Source: Octopus sinensis (lineage: Eukaryota). Taken from it: 64,000 nt of DNA. The stretch's first letter is position 1. Every line of letters begins with the position of its first letter. This document shows positions 1 to 11,625 of the stretch, one piece after another. The position numbers and the translations under genes were made by a program. The stretch is from assembly GCF_006345805.1 (NCBI RefSeq), contig NC_043006.1:48236001-48300000 (forward strand). Direction: 5' to 3'. Under the pieces are notes generated by a model that saw only the letters and a list, made by a program, of their open reading frames with translations, was not told the origin of the DNA and did no database searches.

Positions 1-736
1 GCTGTGCACATGAATGTCTGCGTAGTATAGCTCTAACAGAAAAATACACGTAAGGATATACGCGTACGTGTGTATGTGTGTTGTATGCTCTGAGTATCTC
101 TGAGTATACAGAACGCAGGAGATTCAGTACGATGAGTTTCATAAATGATATAAGAGAATGGGAACGCCTACAACTTCCTCGTTTCCTCTCAATCTCTCTT
201 CATCACAAAATAACATAAAACTCACAAAACACACAAGTAAAAAAAAATAAATAAAGTAAAAACAAATAATATACTAACAAACAGAAAGGAAAAATAGTAA
301 AATTCAATCTAAGCTAAACACACAGTTAAACAAAAATAAAATAACAGAAACGTAACGAAAAAATAGCATTTTTAAAGAAAACCATAACAAACCGTTATTA
401 AATAAATAAATAATCATTGAAAAGATTTAAACATTAAATTGTGCACTCCAACGAACAGTATATTAAACGTTTACGTCACACATGCGAGATCAGCGATAAA
501 TCTTAGCAGAAACCACATTTTGTACAGTAAATATTTCATGTACGTTTAACGGGCAGAGCATGTTATACTGAAGTTTCATTCATTAAGTCTAATTCAATCG
601 TTTATCAAGTTATTCCATCTATTTAGATTTTATATTTACTTACGTATTCATTTTTATTTTCGATTTTATATTTCCCAGTTTTACTTCTACTGTTTTGTAT
701 CTGCTTCATTTTTGTTTGACTTTTAAAGCAATTTGG

Positions 737-784
<48 letters not shown>

Positions 785-1148
785 CATGCATGAATACATC
801 CGTACATATATATATATATATATTACATGCATGAATACATGCGTACATATATATATATATATATATATACAAACATATACCCATGCACATACACACGTGC
901 TAAAGAATGTGGGTAGATATATGCAAATAGTATATATGCACACTTGCATCAACATACAGCATACATAAATGTATATGTAGATAGATGTATGTATATAGAC
1001 ATACACAGACAAACTTGAGCATATATACATATATAAATACGCACACACACACATACACATACATATGAATGTATGTATGTATGTGTACATTGTAATCTAT
1101 ATGTCAGTATGCATAATATCCCCTTACATGCTAGATGTTTAAATGAAG

Positions 1149-1202
<54 letters not shown>

Positions 1203-1366
1203 CAAATATACATATATACATATATACATATATATAATCACGTATGCGTTATCTATTCCAGTATTTACATACATATACATAAATGTATATATTATGTGTA
1301 ACTACATTAAAAATTGATATGTATATATACATATATATGCATATATATATATATATATAATATAAT

Positions 1367-1421
<55 letters not shown>

Positions 1422-1515
1422 TATATATATACATCAATTTATACACATACATATACATGTATATATTTAGCGTGTGTAGCAGGTATACATAAACACATGC
1501 ACACACACACGTACA
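737..1515. repeat. Compound (TA)n/(CA)n/(TACA)n microsatellite region
   Basis: Direct reading; the YIYI-type ORFs here are repeat translations. Confidence 0.95.
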
Positions 1516-1920
1516 TATTAACATTCTTCTGTTTTGTTTAATTTGGCTTTCAATATTGCTAACTGCTTTTCTTGCTTAATGTCTTCTGTTATAATATTAT
1601 GTTATCTTCCTTCGCTTCTTTTCTTCTCCTTATTTCATCCAATGATTTGTTCTATTCCGTTTTCGTATTCCTTGTTTTCTTTAAGTAATTTAAGATTGCG
1701 CGTTACCGCTTTAGTGGAGAAGAACTGATGGATTTCGATTACATGAAAATAAGGGTTATTCGGTGTATATCTGTCCATATATTCTTCTCTAACGAGAGGA
1801 GATTATTCCCTCTGTCAGTGTTTGGTCCACAAGACGCATCTGTCTTTGCAAATTTCTGCCTTACTATATGGGATTTGTATCAATTTTGATCATAGAGTGT
1901 TTATATATATATATATATAC

Positions 1921-2330
1921 TCTTTTACTCTCATTTACTCTTTTACTTGTTTCAGTTATTTGACTGCGGCCATGCTGGAGCACCGCCTTTAGTCGAGCAA
2001 ATTGACCCCAGGACTTATTCTTTGTAAGCCTAGTACTTATTCTATCCGTCTCTTTTGCCGAAGCGCTGAGTTACGGGGACATAAACACACCAGAATCGGT
2101 TGTCAAGCGATGTTGGGGGGACAAACACAGACACAAAAACACATATATATACATATACATATATACGACGGGCTTCTTTTCAGTTTCCGTCCACCAAATC
2201 CATTCACAAAGTTTTGTTCGGCCCGAGGCTCTAGGAGAAGACACTTGTCCAAGGTGCCACGCAGTGTGACTGAACCCGGAACCATGTGGTTGGTAAACAA
2301 GCTACTTACCACACAGTTACTCCTGCGCCT
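1921..2330 (-). mobile_element. SINE family A (tRNA-derived head, internal microsatellite, AGTAAAAG tail)
   Basis: Reverse complement of the ~400 bp unit seen 9 times; head has A-box-like TGGCTGTGTGG and B-box-like GGTTCAGTCCC. Confidence 0.9.
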
Positions 2331-2637
2331 ATATATATACACACACGCACACACATTCTTTTATTCTTTTTTTTTTTCAGTCATTTGAATGTGTACATGA
2401 TTTTACGTTCGTCATCAGCAACCAATACGCGACACACGTCAGCAATCATATTGCGATAACGAAACTTTAATTCTATTGGTCACTATTGGAGAAGCATACA
2501 TGTGGTAATATATTATTTGTAGCTATGGAAGACAACTCACAGCACATGTTTCAGAGGAGTCCCTCGTTTTTACATACATCATCCAACAGGTACAAGACAA
2601 GACACTGCTGTATGGCTGGAAAATCTTAATGCTTTAA

Positions 2638-2951
2638 CAGATAGTTCTCTACTAGGGTCCATATAGTCCCTCAGGTTCCATATAAGATTTTGGTGGTTAT
2701 ACATAACAAAATTGTAAATTAAGGATCCACTATAGTACTTTAAGGTATCCTAAATTTTTTTGCTTTTGATGTACGTGTTGGTATTATTTCAAGAAACTTC
2801 CTTCACAGGTTAATGCGTGAAAAACAAAATAAGAAATTTAAAAGAAGTTTCTATAAAACTAGTTTTTAAACATTGAACGGTTATAGGGTCCCACCAGAAT
2901 AAAACAGTGATCAGAGGAGGCCGTAGATATAAAATGGTTGAGAACCCCTGC
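2638..2951. mobile_element. hAT-like MITE
   Basis: Degenerate left end and right end GGTTGAGAACCCCTG; similar to the copy at 14322-14672. Confidence 0.6.
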
Positions 2952-3234
2952 TTTAGGCGATCGTGCTTACTTGTAGTCACACTTGTGAGAGTCCGTGTTC
3001 GGTTTTAGAGTAAGTATAAGAATGCTTAATAGATTTCCAATAGACAGAACTTTAAAACTCATTGGTAACATATTCAAACTTCATAGACAATCACAAAACG
3101 GATCCTAAACGAAGTTAGAATAGTACTAGAATAAGCTAGTACGGTGTCTATAGCATACGTTATTAAGTTAACCAATATTTCAGACAAGATGGTCTTCTAA
3201 AAACGAAACTACAGAGACGCAACTATATTTCTAT

Positions 3235-3360
3235 GATTAAGTTCGGTTTGAAACCATGGGGTTTAAGTTCTGTCCCACAGCGCGACACTTTGGGCAAGTA
3301 TTCTCTACAATAATCCCAGACCCAACAATGTCCTGTGAGTGAATTTGGTTGAGGGAAAGA
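3235..3360 (+). mobile_element. Degenerate SINE A head fragment
   Basis: aaccatggggtttaagttctgtcccac...ttgggcaagt...tgtgagtgaatttgg aligns to the family A 5' part. Confidence 0.6.
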
Positions 3361-3413
3361 ATGTTTCCATATGTCAAATATATATAACTATATACCAGTT
3401 TAATGTGTGTGTA

Positions 3414-3450
<37 letters not shown>

Positions 3451-3457
<7 letters not shown>

Positions 3458-3651
3458 TTAGAGACAAAACCACTATTTTGCAAAACAAACAAGGAAAGAC
3501 TTAATCAATACATAAATAAAATTTTAATAAAAAGTAAAAAAGTAAAAAATAAAAAATAAAAAATAAAAAATAAAAAGTAAAAAATTTTATGTATTGATTA
3601 AGTCTTTCCTTGTTTGTTTTGCAAAATAGTGGTTTTGTCTCTAATTAATAT
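3451..3651. repeat. Perfect 66-bp inverted repeat with A-rich spacer
   Basis: Arms 3451-3516 and 3586-3651 are exact reverse complements. Confidence 0.95.
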
Positions 3652-3736
3652 TATATAATATTTTACTATAGAATTGGATTTAATCCTAAATCTGATTTTT
3701 TCCCTGTAAATTTGGATTTATTCCCTAATATTTATT

Positions 3737-3787
<51 letters not shown>

Positions 3788-3984
3788 TTCGACTTTTAAA
3801 TTGTTTTTTAATTTATAGTATGTAATTTCTAAAGGTCTCGAATCGAAACAGCTGTTAAGAGATGATGTCTAATTTTTTTCAATAATAAATAATTATTACT
3901 TATCTCTTTATATTCTTGTTAGTATACTAGTTTGTTAATTGCTAACGCACGACATTCTTGGCCCTTGAGTTACCCTGTTCTTTC

Positions 3985-4361
3985 GGGTGCGTGGTGAGAA
4001 GCTTGGTCTCGAGTTCATTTCCACTGCGTGACACATTGGGTCGAGTGTCTTCTACTAGAGCCTTGGGCCGACCATATCATTGTGAGTGGATTTGGTAGAC
4101 GGAAATTGAAAGCAGCCCGTCGTCTGTATAGGTGTATGTGTGTGTATCTTAGTGTCTGTGTTCGTTTTCTCCCATCACTTTACAACCGGTGTTGGTCTGT
4201 TTGCGTCCCCGTAACCTAGTGATTCTGCAAAAGAGACCGATGGAATAGGTACTAGGCTTTACAAAAAATGTAGGGTTGATGTGTTCGTATAAAACCCTTC
4301 AAAGCGGTGCTCCAGTATGACCGCAGTCAAATGACTGAAACAAGTAAAAGAATAAAAGAAT
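3985..4361 (+). mobile_element. SINE family A, diverged
   Basis: Same body and tail (aaatgactgaaacaagtaaaag) as other copies. Confidence 0.85.
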
Positions 4362-4917
4362 ACTAGAATATATTCTCGTGTTTCGAGTTTTTTTCTCTGT
4401 TTGCATCATTAAACCTTTATCTGTAAATATTTCTGTGTGTACGTGCATGTGTATATGTATGTGTACGCGTGTGTGTGTGTGTGTGTGTGTGCGTGCGTGC
4501 GTGTGTGAGTATGCGTGCGTCTGTGTGTACGTGCATGTGTGCGTGTGCGTGTTTGTTTGCCTGATTGTACGTGTGTGTGTGTGTGTGTGTTTGTGTGTGC
4601 ATGCGTGTATGTGTGTGCGTGCGTGTATGTGGTAAATTGAATGAGGTTAATGTAGAAACCGCACGCTATAAAATATTTATGTTTTCAAATCCCCTCTCTG
4701 ATTTGATGTGAATTCATATCCTTTCGGGCCCTTAAGAATATTAATAATAATCTTGTTCATTCATCAGATCATCTTAATGAGGGGACTATCAAGGGAGATC
4801 ATTTACTTTATGACGAAGTTGACCCAGTTTTCATTTTCTATTTACAATTTACCATTGCCATTCCGTTTGAGTATTATTAATTTCATGATTTACATAATTA
4901 TAAATTTTGACAAGATG

Positions 4918-5035
4918 CCAACAATTTTGGGAAAGGGGTAAAACTCGATTACATTGACCCAGTACTCAACTTGTACTCATTTTACTGAGCCCGAAAGGTC
5001 TCGACGAAATGCCGCTAAGCATTTTACCCAGTGTG
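4918..5035 (-). mobile_element. SINE family B fragment
   Basis: cgacgaaatgccgctaagcattt and tcgattacattgacccag match family B with an internal deletion. Confidence 0.65.
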
Positions 5036-5625
5036 ATTATTATTAACATTCTTAAGATTCCTAAAGGGTATGAATTCACATCATATCAGAGGGGGGATTC
5101 TAAAATATAAATATTTTATTGCGTGCGGTTTCTACACTAACCCCATTCAATTTATCAAAAATTTAATACAAGTAAGTGGAAATAAATGTAGTTACCTTTT
5201 AATGACTTGTAGGTTCGTGGTATTTCGTCATGCGACAATAATATACTACAAATTATATCAAACGTTTTTATAAGTCAATATTTTTGTTCTACTGTGTTAG
5301 CAGTGCTATTACATCACTAGTTAAGGTTTTCTTTACAGGTCTATAGAACTTTTAGCGAGTCACTACGCCCATTACCCACTTTTCATCTTCGATCTCGTTA
5401 GTTACATCTGGTATTTCGGATACGAAACTTAACAATACCAGTGCTGGCTATAATTTCCATGAATAATCTGTACAGATATCTCTAACATGTTATGTAATAG
5501 CACTGCTAACACAGTAGAGCACAGTATTGACTTATAAAAACGTCTGATATACTTTTTATCCAGTGTGCCAACGTTTCCGCCACCACACCGCCGTATTGCT
5601 TTATATCATATTCAAAAATATATAT

Positions 5626-5777
5626 AAGGCAGCGAGCTGGCAGAACCGTTAGCACGCCGGACGAAATGCTTAGCGGTACTTCGTCAACTTTGCCTTTCAT
5701 CCTTCCGGGGTCGATAAATTAAGTAGCAGTTACGTAGTGGAGTCGATCTAGGCTTGTGCCTAGTGTAGAAAAGAATA
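5626..5777 (+). mobile_element. SINE family B, internally deleted
   Basis: Head gagctggcagaaccgttagcacgccgg, core ctttcatccttccggggtcgataaattaagta, tail agaaaagaat. Confidence 0.85.
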
Positions 5778-6306
5778 CTGAAAAATATATTGACTCACGT
5801 CACTTATCTGAGGTTTTGCATCAACCTTAATGAAAGTCCTACTCTGCATAGTACTAGAATAATAAATATTTTAAGAGCAAAGGCAATGAAAATGTAGGGC
5901 TTGTGACATATGCTATTGTTGGTCATAAGTTCATCCGGCGCTGCCTTCATTTGCACCCACCTGAAGGCGTAATGACTGTATCGCCAGTCATATTCATTGC
6001 GACTCTTGTAATTCAGCCAACCATCAATCTGTGATTAGTATCTAATTGACTGTATTAGTCTGTAATTAGTCTTTAATTGACTGTATGGTTACCAGGCACT
6101 TAGGATGAATTGTCATAGATGGCTTCAGTAATATTTCATCAAATACTGTGAAACAACTCAGCCAAATATCGTAAGTAGTTTTACCGATGAGCCATTAGCA
6201 GTTATTTATATGTATAAATAAATTACTAAGACACGCTTTGAAATATAGGTGTGTGTAATACACTGAATAATTGAGTAAAGAATCTATTCAATATATTCTA
6301 TGCGGG

Positions 6307-6524
6307 AGGCGACGAACCGGTAGAATCGTTAGCATGCCGGAGGAAATGCTTAACTGTATTTCGTCTGTCATTACGTTCTGAGTTCAAATTCCGCTAGGAT
6401 CGACATTGCTTTTCATCCTTTTGGAATCGATAAATTAAGTAGGAGCTGCGTACTGAGGTCGATGTAATCGACTGGACCCTTCCCTCCCAAAATTTTCGGG
6501 CTTCTGCCTAGAATAGAAAAGAAT
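6307..6524 (+). mobile_element. SINE family B monomer
   Basis: Head, B box GAGTTCAAATTCC, core and short tail. Confidence 0.85.
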
Positions 6525-7092
6525 AAGGCGGCGACTTGGCAGAATCGTTAGCACGCCGGGCGAAATGCTTATCGGTATTTCGTCTGCCGCTACGTTGTGA
6601 GTTCAAATTCCGCCGAGGTCGACTTTACCTTTCATCCTTTCGGGGTCGATAAATTAAGTACCAGTTACGCATTGGGGTCGATGTAATCGACTTAATACCT
6701 ATGTCTGTCCTTGTTTGTCCCTTCTATGTTTGGCCCCTTGTGGGTAATAAAGAAATAGGTATTTCGTCTGACTTTACGTTCTGAGTTCAAATTCCGCCGA
6801 GGTCGACTTTGCCTTTCATCCTTTCGGGGTCGAAAAATTAAGTACCAGTTACGCACTGGGGTTGATGCAATCGACTTAATCCGTTTGTCTCCTCTGTGTT
6901 TAGCCCCTTGTGGGTAGTAAAGAAATAGGTATTTCGTCTGTTTTTACCGTTCTGAGTTCAAATTCCGCCGAGTTAGTCTTAGCCTTTCATCCTTTCAGAG
7001 TCGATAAATTAAGTACCAGTTGTGGACTTAAGTCGATATACTGGCCCCCTCCGCAAAAATTTTGGGCGTTGTGCCTAGAGTAGAAAAGAATA
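6525..7092 (+). mobile_element. SINE family B trimer
   Basis: One head then three modules starting gtatttcgtctg at 6575, 6759 and 6929. Confidence 0.9.
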
Positions 7093-8398
7093 TTATTAAG
7101 AGGTTAGCGGGCTGATAGAAACGTTAGAAAAGAATACATACATGCATGCATGCATACATACATACATACATACATACATACATACATGCATGCATGCATA
7201 CATACATGCATACATACAATCATACATACATACATAGAGAAAGATTATAAATAAATACATTCTGTGCAATATGTATCAGTTTATGTATATGAAACCTTTT
7301 TTTTTTGAAGGAATAATTAGAAATATAACGACCAAATGAGTGTGTATGATATTTACTGCAATTTTTATTTTTCGAAAGAAAGGGAATGGGCAGAGAAGAA
7401 CAGACTCTACCTCCCACTTTGCGTGCGTTTGTGTGTGTGCGTGTTTGTGTGAATGTGTGTGTGTTCAACTGTATATGTGTGCGTATAAGCACACGTGTGT
7501 ATAGGGGTATTCGTTTTTCTGTTTATATAGTAATTTAATGAGGGTGGAAACGTGTGTAAGAGAAAAAGAGAGAGTGAACGTGAGTGAGCGAGTGAGTGAG
7601 TGAGCGAGTGAATCAGTGAGTGAGTGAGCGAGCAAGTGAGTGAGTGAGTGAGTGAGAGGATAGCTGAGTAAGTGAGTGAGACAGAGCAGACAAATATTTC
7701 GGGTGTATACATTTGCAAAAGTAATATCGAGATATGTATGTATTTGTGCCTGCAAATATGTATGCATATATACACATGCATGTATACATATACATGTACG
7801 TATGCATACATGTACATATATGTATTAATGCATGTATATAGTTATGCCTGTATTATAAATATGAATGTATTATATATGTATTTATGTATGATTCTATATA
7901 TGGATGTTTATATGCACATAAGTGTACATCGCCAGACCATATAATAGTATACATTTGGTGAAAATATCTCTTAAATGGGATTAACTAACGAGGTTTGTGT
8001 TTAATATAAAATACTTGTGCACTATCATGCCTCAAAGATGTTTCCTTAATTCATTCATCCTTCACAATATTAAGGGTTTAAACGAAATGGTGAATCAGTA
8101 GTAAGGGACCACATCAAACAGCGTGAAGTGTCTCGTTCGTGTTCTTCTTTAAATTACAAGGTTTATGGGCAGATAACGCTAAAACAAAACCTATGGAAGA
8201 AGAATTTACTTGAAGTGTATGGCGATACACCCAGCGACTGCGAATAGTCTGGCAACGAGATTCAAAGGATTAAACACAACATTTGTTTATTTAAGGGTTT
8301 TATGTTAGATTCTGCAATAACTCCTTCAACATTTCAAAATCTATCATTAATAATATCGTTGATATTGTTGTTTGTATTTATTATTATTTTCTTAATAT

Positions 8399-8596
8399 AA
8401 GGCGGCTAGTTGGTTGAATCGTTAGCACACATTTCATCCGCCTTTACGTTCTGAGTTCAAAATCCGCCGAGTTCCACTCTGCCTCTTATCTTGTCGGTGT
8501 ACATAAAATTAGTACCAGATGAGCACTGCAGTTATTGTAATAGACCTAATGTCTCCCTACGAATTTTCACGTCTTGTGACTATAGCAAAAAAGATT
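8399..8596 (+). mobile_element. SINE family B, degenerate monomer
   Basis: gaatcgttagcac...tacgttctgagttcaaaatccgccgag. Confidence 0.75.
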
Positions 8597-8660
8597 GTTT
8601 TTTTTAAATTTTCTTTCATACTATTTTATAATTCTCTTCATAGTCTTTATTATTATTAGA

Positions 8661-9040
8661 AAGGCGTCGAACTGGCCAAATTGTTGATGCGTCGGACGAA
8701 ATGATTAACGGTATTTCGTCTACTGTTACATTCTGAGTTCAAATTCCGCCGAGGTCGACTTTGCCTTTCATCCTTTCGGGGTCGATAAATTAAGTACCAG
8801 TTATGCACTGGGGTCGATATAATCGACTTAATCCGTTTGTCTGTCCTTGTTTGACCTCTCTGTGTTTAGCCCCTTGTGGGTAGTAAAGAAATAGGTATTT
8901 TGTCTGTTGCTACGTTCTGAGTTCAAATTCCGCTGAAGTCGACTATACCTTCCTTTCGGGGTCGATAAAATAAGTACCATTTGAACACTCGACTCATCCC
9001 CACCCCAACATTACTGCCCTTGTGGCAAAATTTGAAACCG
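8661..9040 (+). mobile_element. SINE family B dimer
   Basis: Two B-box modules after one head. Confidence 0.85.
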
Positions 9041-9189
9041 TTTTTATTACTAGCAGAAACATCGTATTACTAGTAGAAACACAGCCATAAACGCAATCAT
9101 ATGCACACAATTTCTTCTGTATATTTTACGGATTACTAAAATAGGAAATGGTTTTAAAAAAATTTTGTTTACATACACGCCCATATACA

Positions 9190-9630
9190 TACTTTTTCTA
9201 CCCTAGGCACAAGGCCCGATATTTTAGGGGAGGGCGCCAGTCGATTAGATCGACCCCATCACGCAACTGGTACTTAATCTATGGACCCTGGAAGGACGAA
9301 AGGCAAAGTCGACCTCGGCGGAATTTGAACTCAGAACGTAAAGTCAGACGAAATACCTATTTCTTTACTACCCACGAGGAGCTAAACACAGAGAGGACAA
9401 ACAAGGACAAACAAAGGGATTAAGTCGATTACATGGACCCCTGTGCGTAACAGGTACTTAATTTATCGACCCCGAAAGGATGAAAGGCAAAGTCGACCTC
9501 AGCTGGTTCTTTATTTTATCCACCCGGAAAGGCTGAATGGGAAGATCAACCTCGGTAACATTTGAAATCAGAAAGTAAAGCTTCTAAGCATTTTAACCGG
9601 TGCAGTAACGATTCTGCTAGCTCAACGCCT
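9190..9630 (-). mobile_element. SINE family B multimer (inverted relative to 8661-9040)
   Basis: Reverse complement of family B modules plus degenerate head at ~9600-9630. Confidence 0.85.
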
Positions 9631-9654
9631 CGTTTAAGGGATTATAATAAGAAA

Positions 9655-9759
9655 TAATTAATGATCATCAACATCATCACCATCACCAACATCGTCATTG
9701 TCATCATCATCGCCATCTTCATCAGTAGTCGTAGTAGTAATAGTAGTAGTAGCAGCAGC

Positions 9760-9824
<65 letters not shown>

Positions 9825-9827
9825 TAT

Positions 9828-9858
<31 letters not shown>

Positions 9859-9900
9859 GGTGGTGGTGGTGGTGGTGGTGGTGGTGGTGGTGGTGGTGGA
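9655..9900. repeat. Compound trinucleotide array (CAT/AGT/AGC/GGT)n
   Basis: Direct reading. Confidence 0.95.
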
Positions 9901-10167
9901 GGTCTGCCTGAAGCACAATCTTTGGGATCAGTGTTTTTATCATAAGTGGAATGATCTGACTTAATCTGTACATCAGTCAACCTTGCCCGGCGCCATTCCG
10001 TCTTCGAGCAGGTAATAGAATACAGTTTCTATTCGGCTCCCAAACAAAAAGCTTTATTGCCTTCAAATTCTCCAGTTTTCTAATGTTTACCTTTGTGTTC
10101 TGGTTTGACAAAAACAGTGGCAACCAGACGACGGTGGTAGTAGCAACGATGACGACAACAACTGTGG

Positions 10168-10558
10168 TGGGGGCGCAATGGCCCAATGGTTAGAGCAGCA
10201 GACTCGCGGTCGTAAGAACGCGGTTTCGATTCTCAGACCGGGCATTGGGAGTGTTTATTCAGCAAAATCACCTAAGTTCCACGAGTCTCCGGCGTGTGGG
10301 GGGGGGTGAACCCCGCTGTACTCTTTTACCACAACTTCCTCTTGCTCTTTCTTCCTACTTCTGCCACAAAGCAGAGGAACCATGGTGTAACCCACTATGG
10401 TGTGGTAAACTTTCAGAACCTACTCTAGATTGCGAATCCTCTGTACCCCAGGATGGTTCAGCTCTCCGCCCGTTAAAAGCTGCCGTTTACAGAATGAGGA
10501 TAGCAACGTAGCTTTCGCGACCGTGCAACCTTCAGTCTATCGCGTGTGATGAGTGGAT
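10168..10558 (+). mobile_element. SINE family C (tRNA-like head) with tail type 1
   Basis: Head ggcgcaatggcccaatggttagagcagcagactcgcggtcg...ggtttcgattc; tail shared with 25780-25868. Confidence 0.8.
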
Positions 10559-10929
10559 CTTCAAGTTGCTACACGCATTCTTAGTAGCTTAGAGTAGGCT
10601 CGAATTTGAGATTATTGTTTGTGGCTAATGGCGTGAGTACTGATTGGAAGGTGAAGAAGAAGAAGAAGAAGAAGAAGAAGAAGAAGAAGACAACTCCGGC
10701 GGCAGTGGTAGTCGTAGTGGTGGTGGGGGTGAAGGTAGTATTGGTGTTTCTTCTAACAGCGTCAGTGGTTGTGGCGGCATCAACGATATATTAAGAATAA
10801 TGGTGATTACAAGTGAATATACCAACGAAGTCGAGCGGATACAAGTATGATGTACCAACCGATATGCTAAATTCAACCTGCCCTGAAGAATCTCGATCTC
10901 ACAGGCAAAAACGGTCAGCCCTCTTTTTC

Positions 10930-11190
10930 TATTTCTGGCGACTTTGAGTGAATGCTTGAATCACAAGCGTTTTATTTTCTTTAGTGGAAACAGTGACCAT
11001 TCGACCACTTTCTTGTGCATTGCAAATGCACCCATCTATTCTGTTCAAATTTGTCACGTATTCTGTAAACATTTAATCGTTAAGAAGCTAGTCTTTGAAA
11101 TTCTTCAGTCCATTTCTGTCTGTCTAAGCATTTCTGCATTCTCTGTTTTCTAGTACTGCATGATGATCCACTTTCGTTCATCGTTGATCA
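10930..11190 (-). pseudogene. Tc1/mariner-superfamily transposase N-terminal remnant (DUF4817-type HTH)
   Basis: Minus-strand pieces DERKWIIMQY*KTENAE, YRIRDKFEQ and SGRMVTVSTKENKTLVIQAFTQSRQK, broken by stops and frameshifts. Confidence 0.7.
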
Positions 11191-11224
11191 AATTCCCAAT
11201 GATATAACAAATATCCGAAACAAG

Positions 11225-11404
11225 GGCGCAAGAGTGGCTGTGTGGTAAGTAGCTTGCTTACCAACCACATGGTTCCGGGTTCAGTCCCACTGTGTGGCAC
11301 CTTGGGCAACTGTCTATTATAGCCTCGGGCCGACCAAAGCCTTGTGAGTGGATTTGGTAGACGGAAACTGAAAGAAACCCGTCGTATATATGTATATATA
11401 TATG

Positions 11405-11439
<35 letters not shown>

Positions 11440-11625
11440 TTGTGTGTCTGTGTTTGTCAGCTTGACAACCGATGCTGGTGTGTTTATGCCCCCGTTACTT
11501 AGCGGTTCGGCAAAAGAGACCGATAGAATAAGTCTTGGAGTCGAGTTGCTCGATTAAAGGCGGTGCTCCAGCATGGCCGCAGTCAAATGACTGAAACAAG
11601 TAAAAGAGTAAAGAGTAAAGAGTAA
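11225..11625 (+). mobile_element. SINE family A
   Basis: Full head-body-tail match. Confidence 0.9.

Noticed and set aside
6525-7092. CRISPR-like or satellite array
   Set aside because: Units are ~170-185 bp SINE modules without unique spacers, in a eukaryotic context with no cas genes
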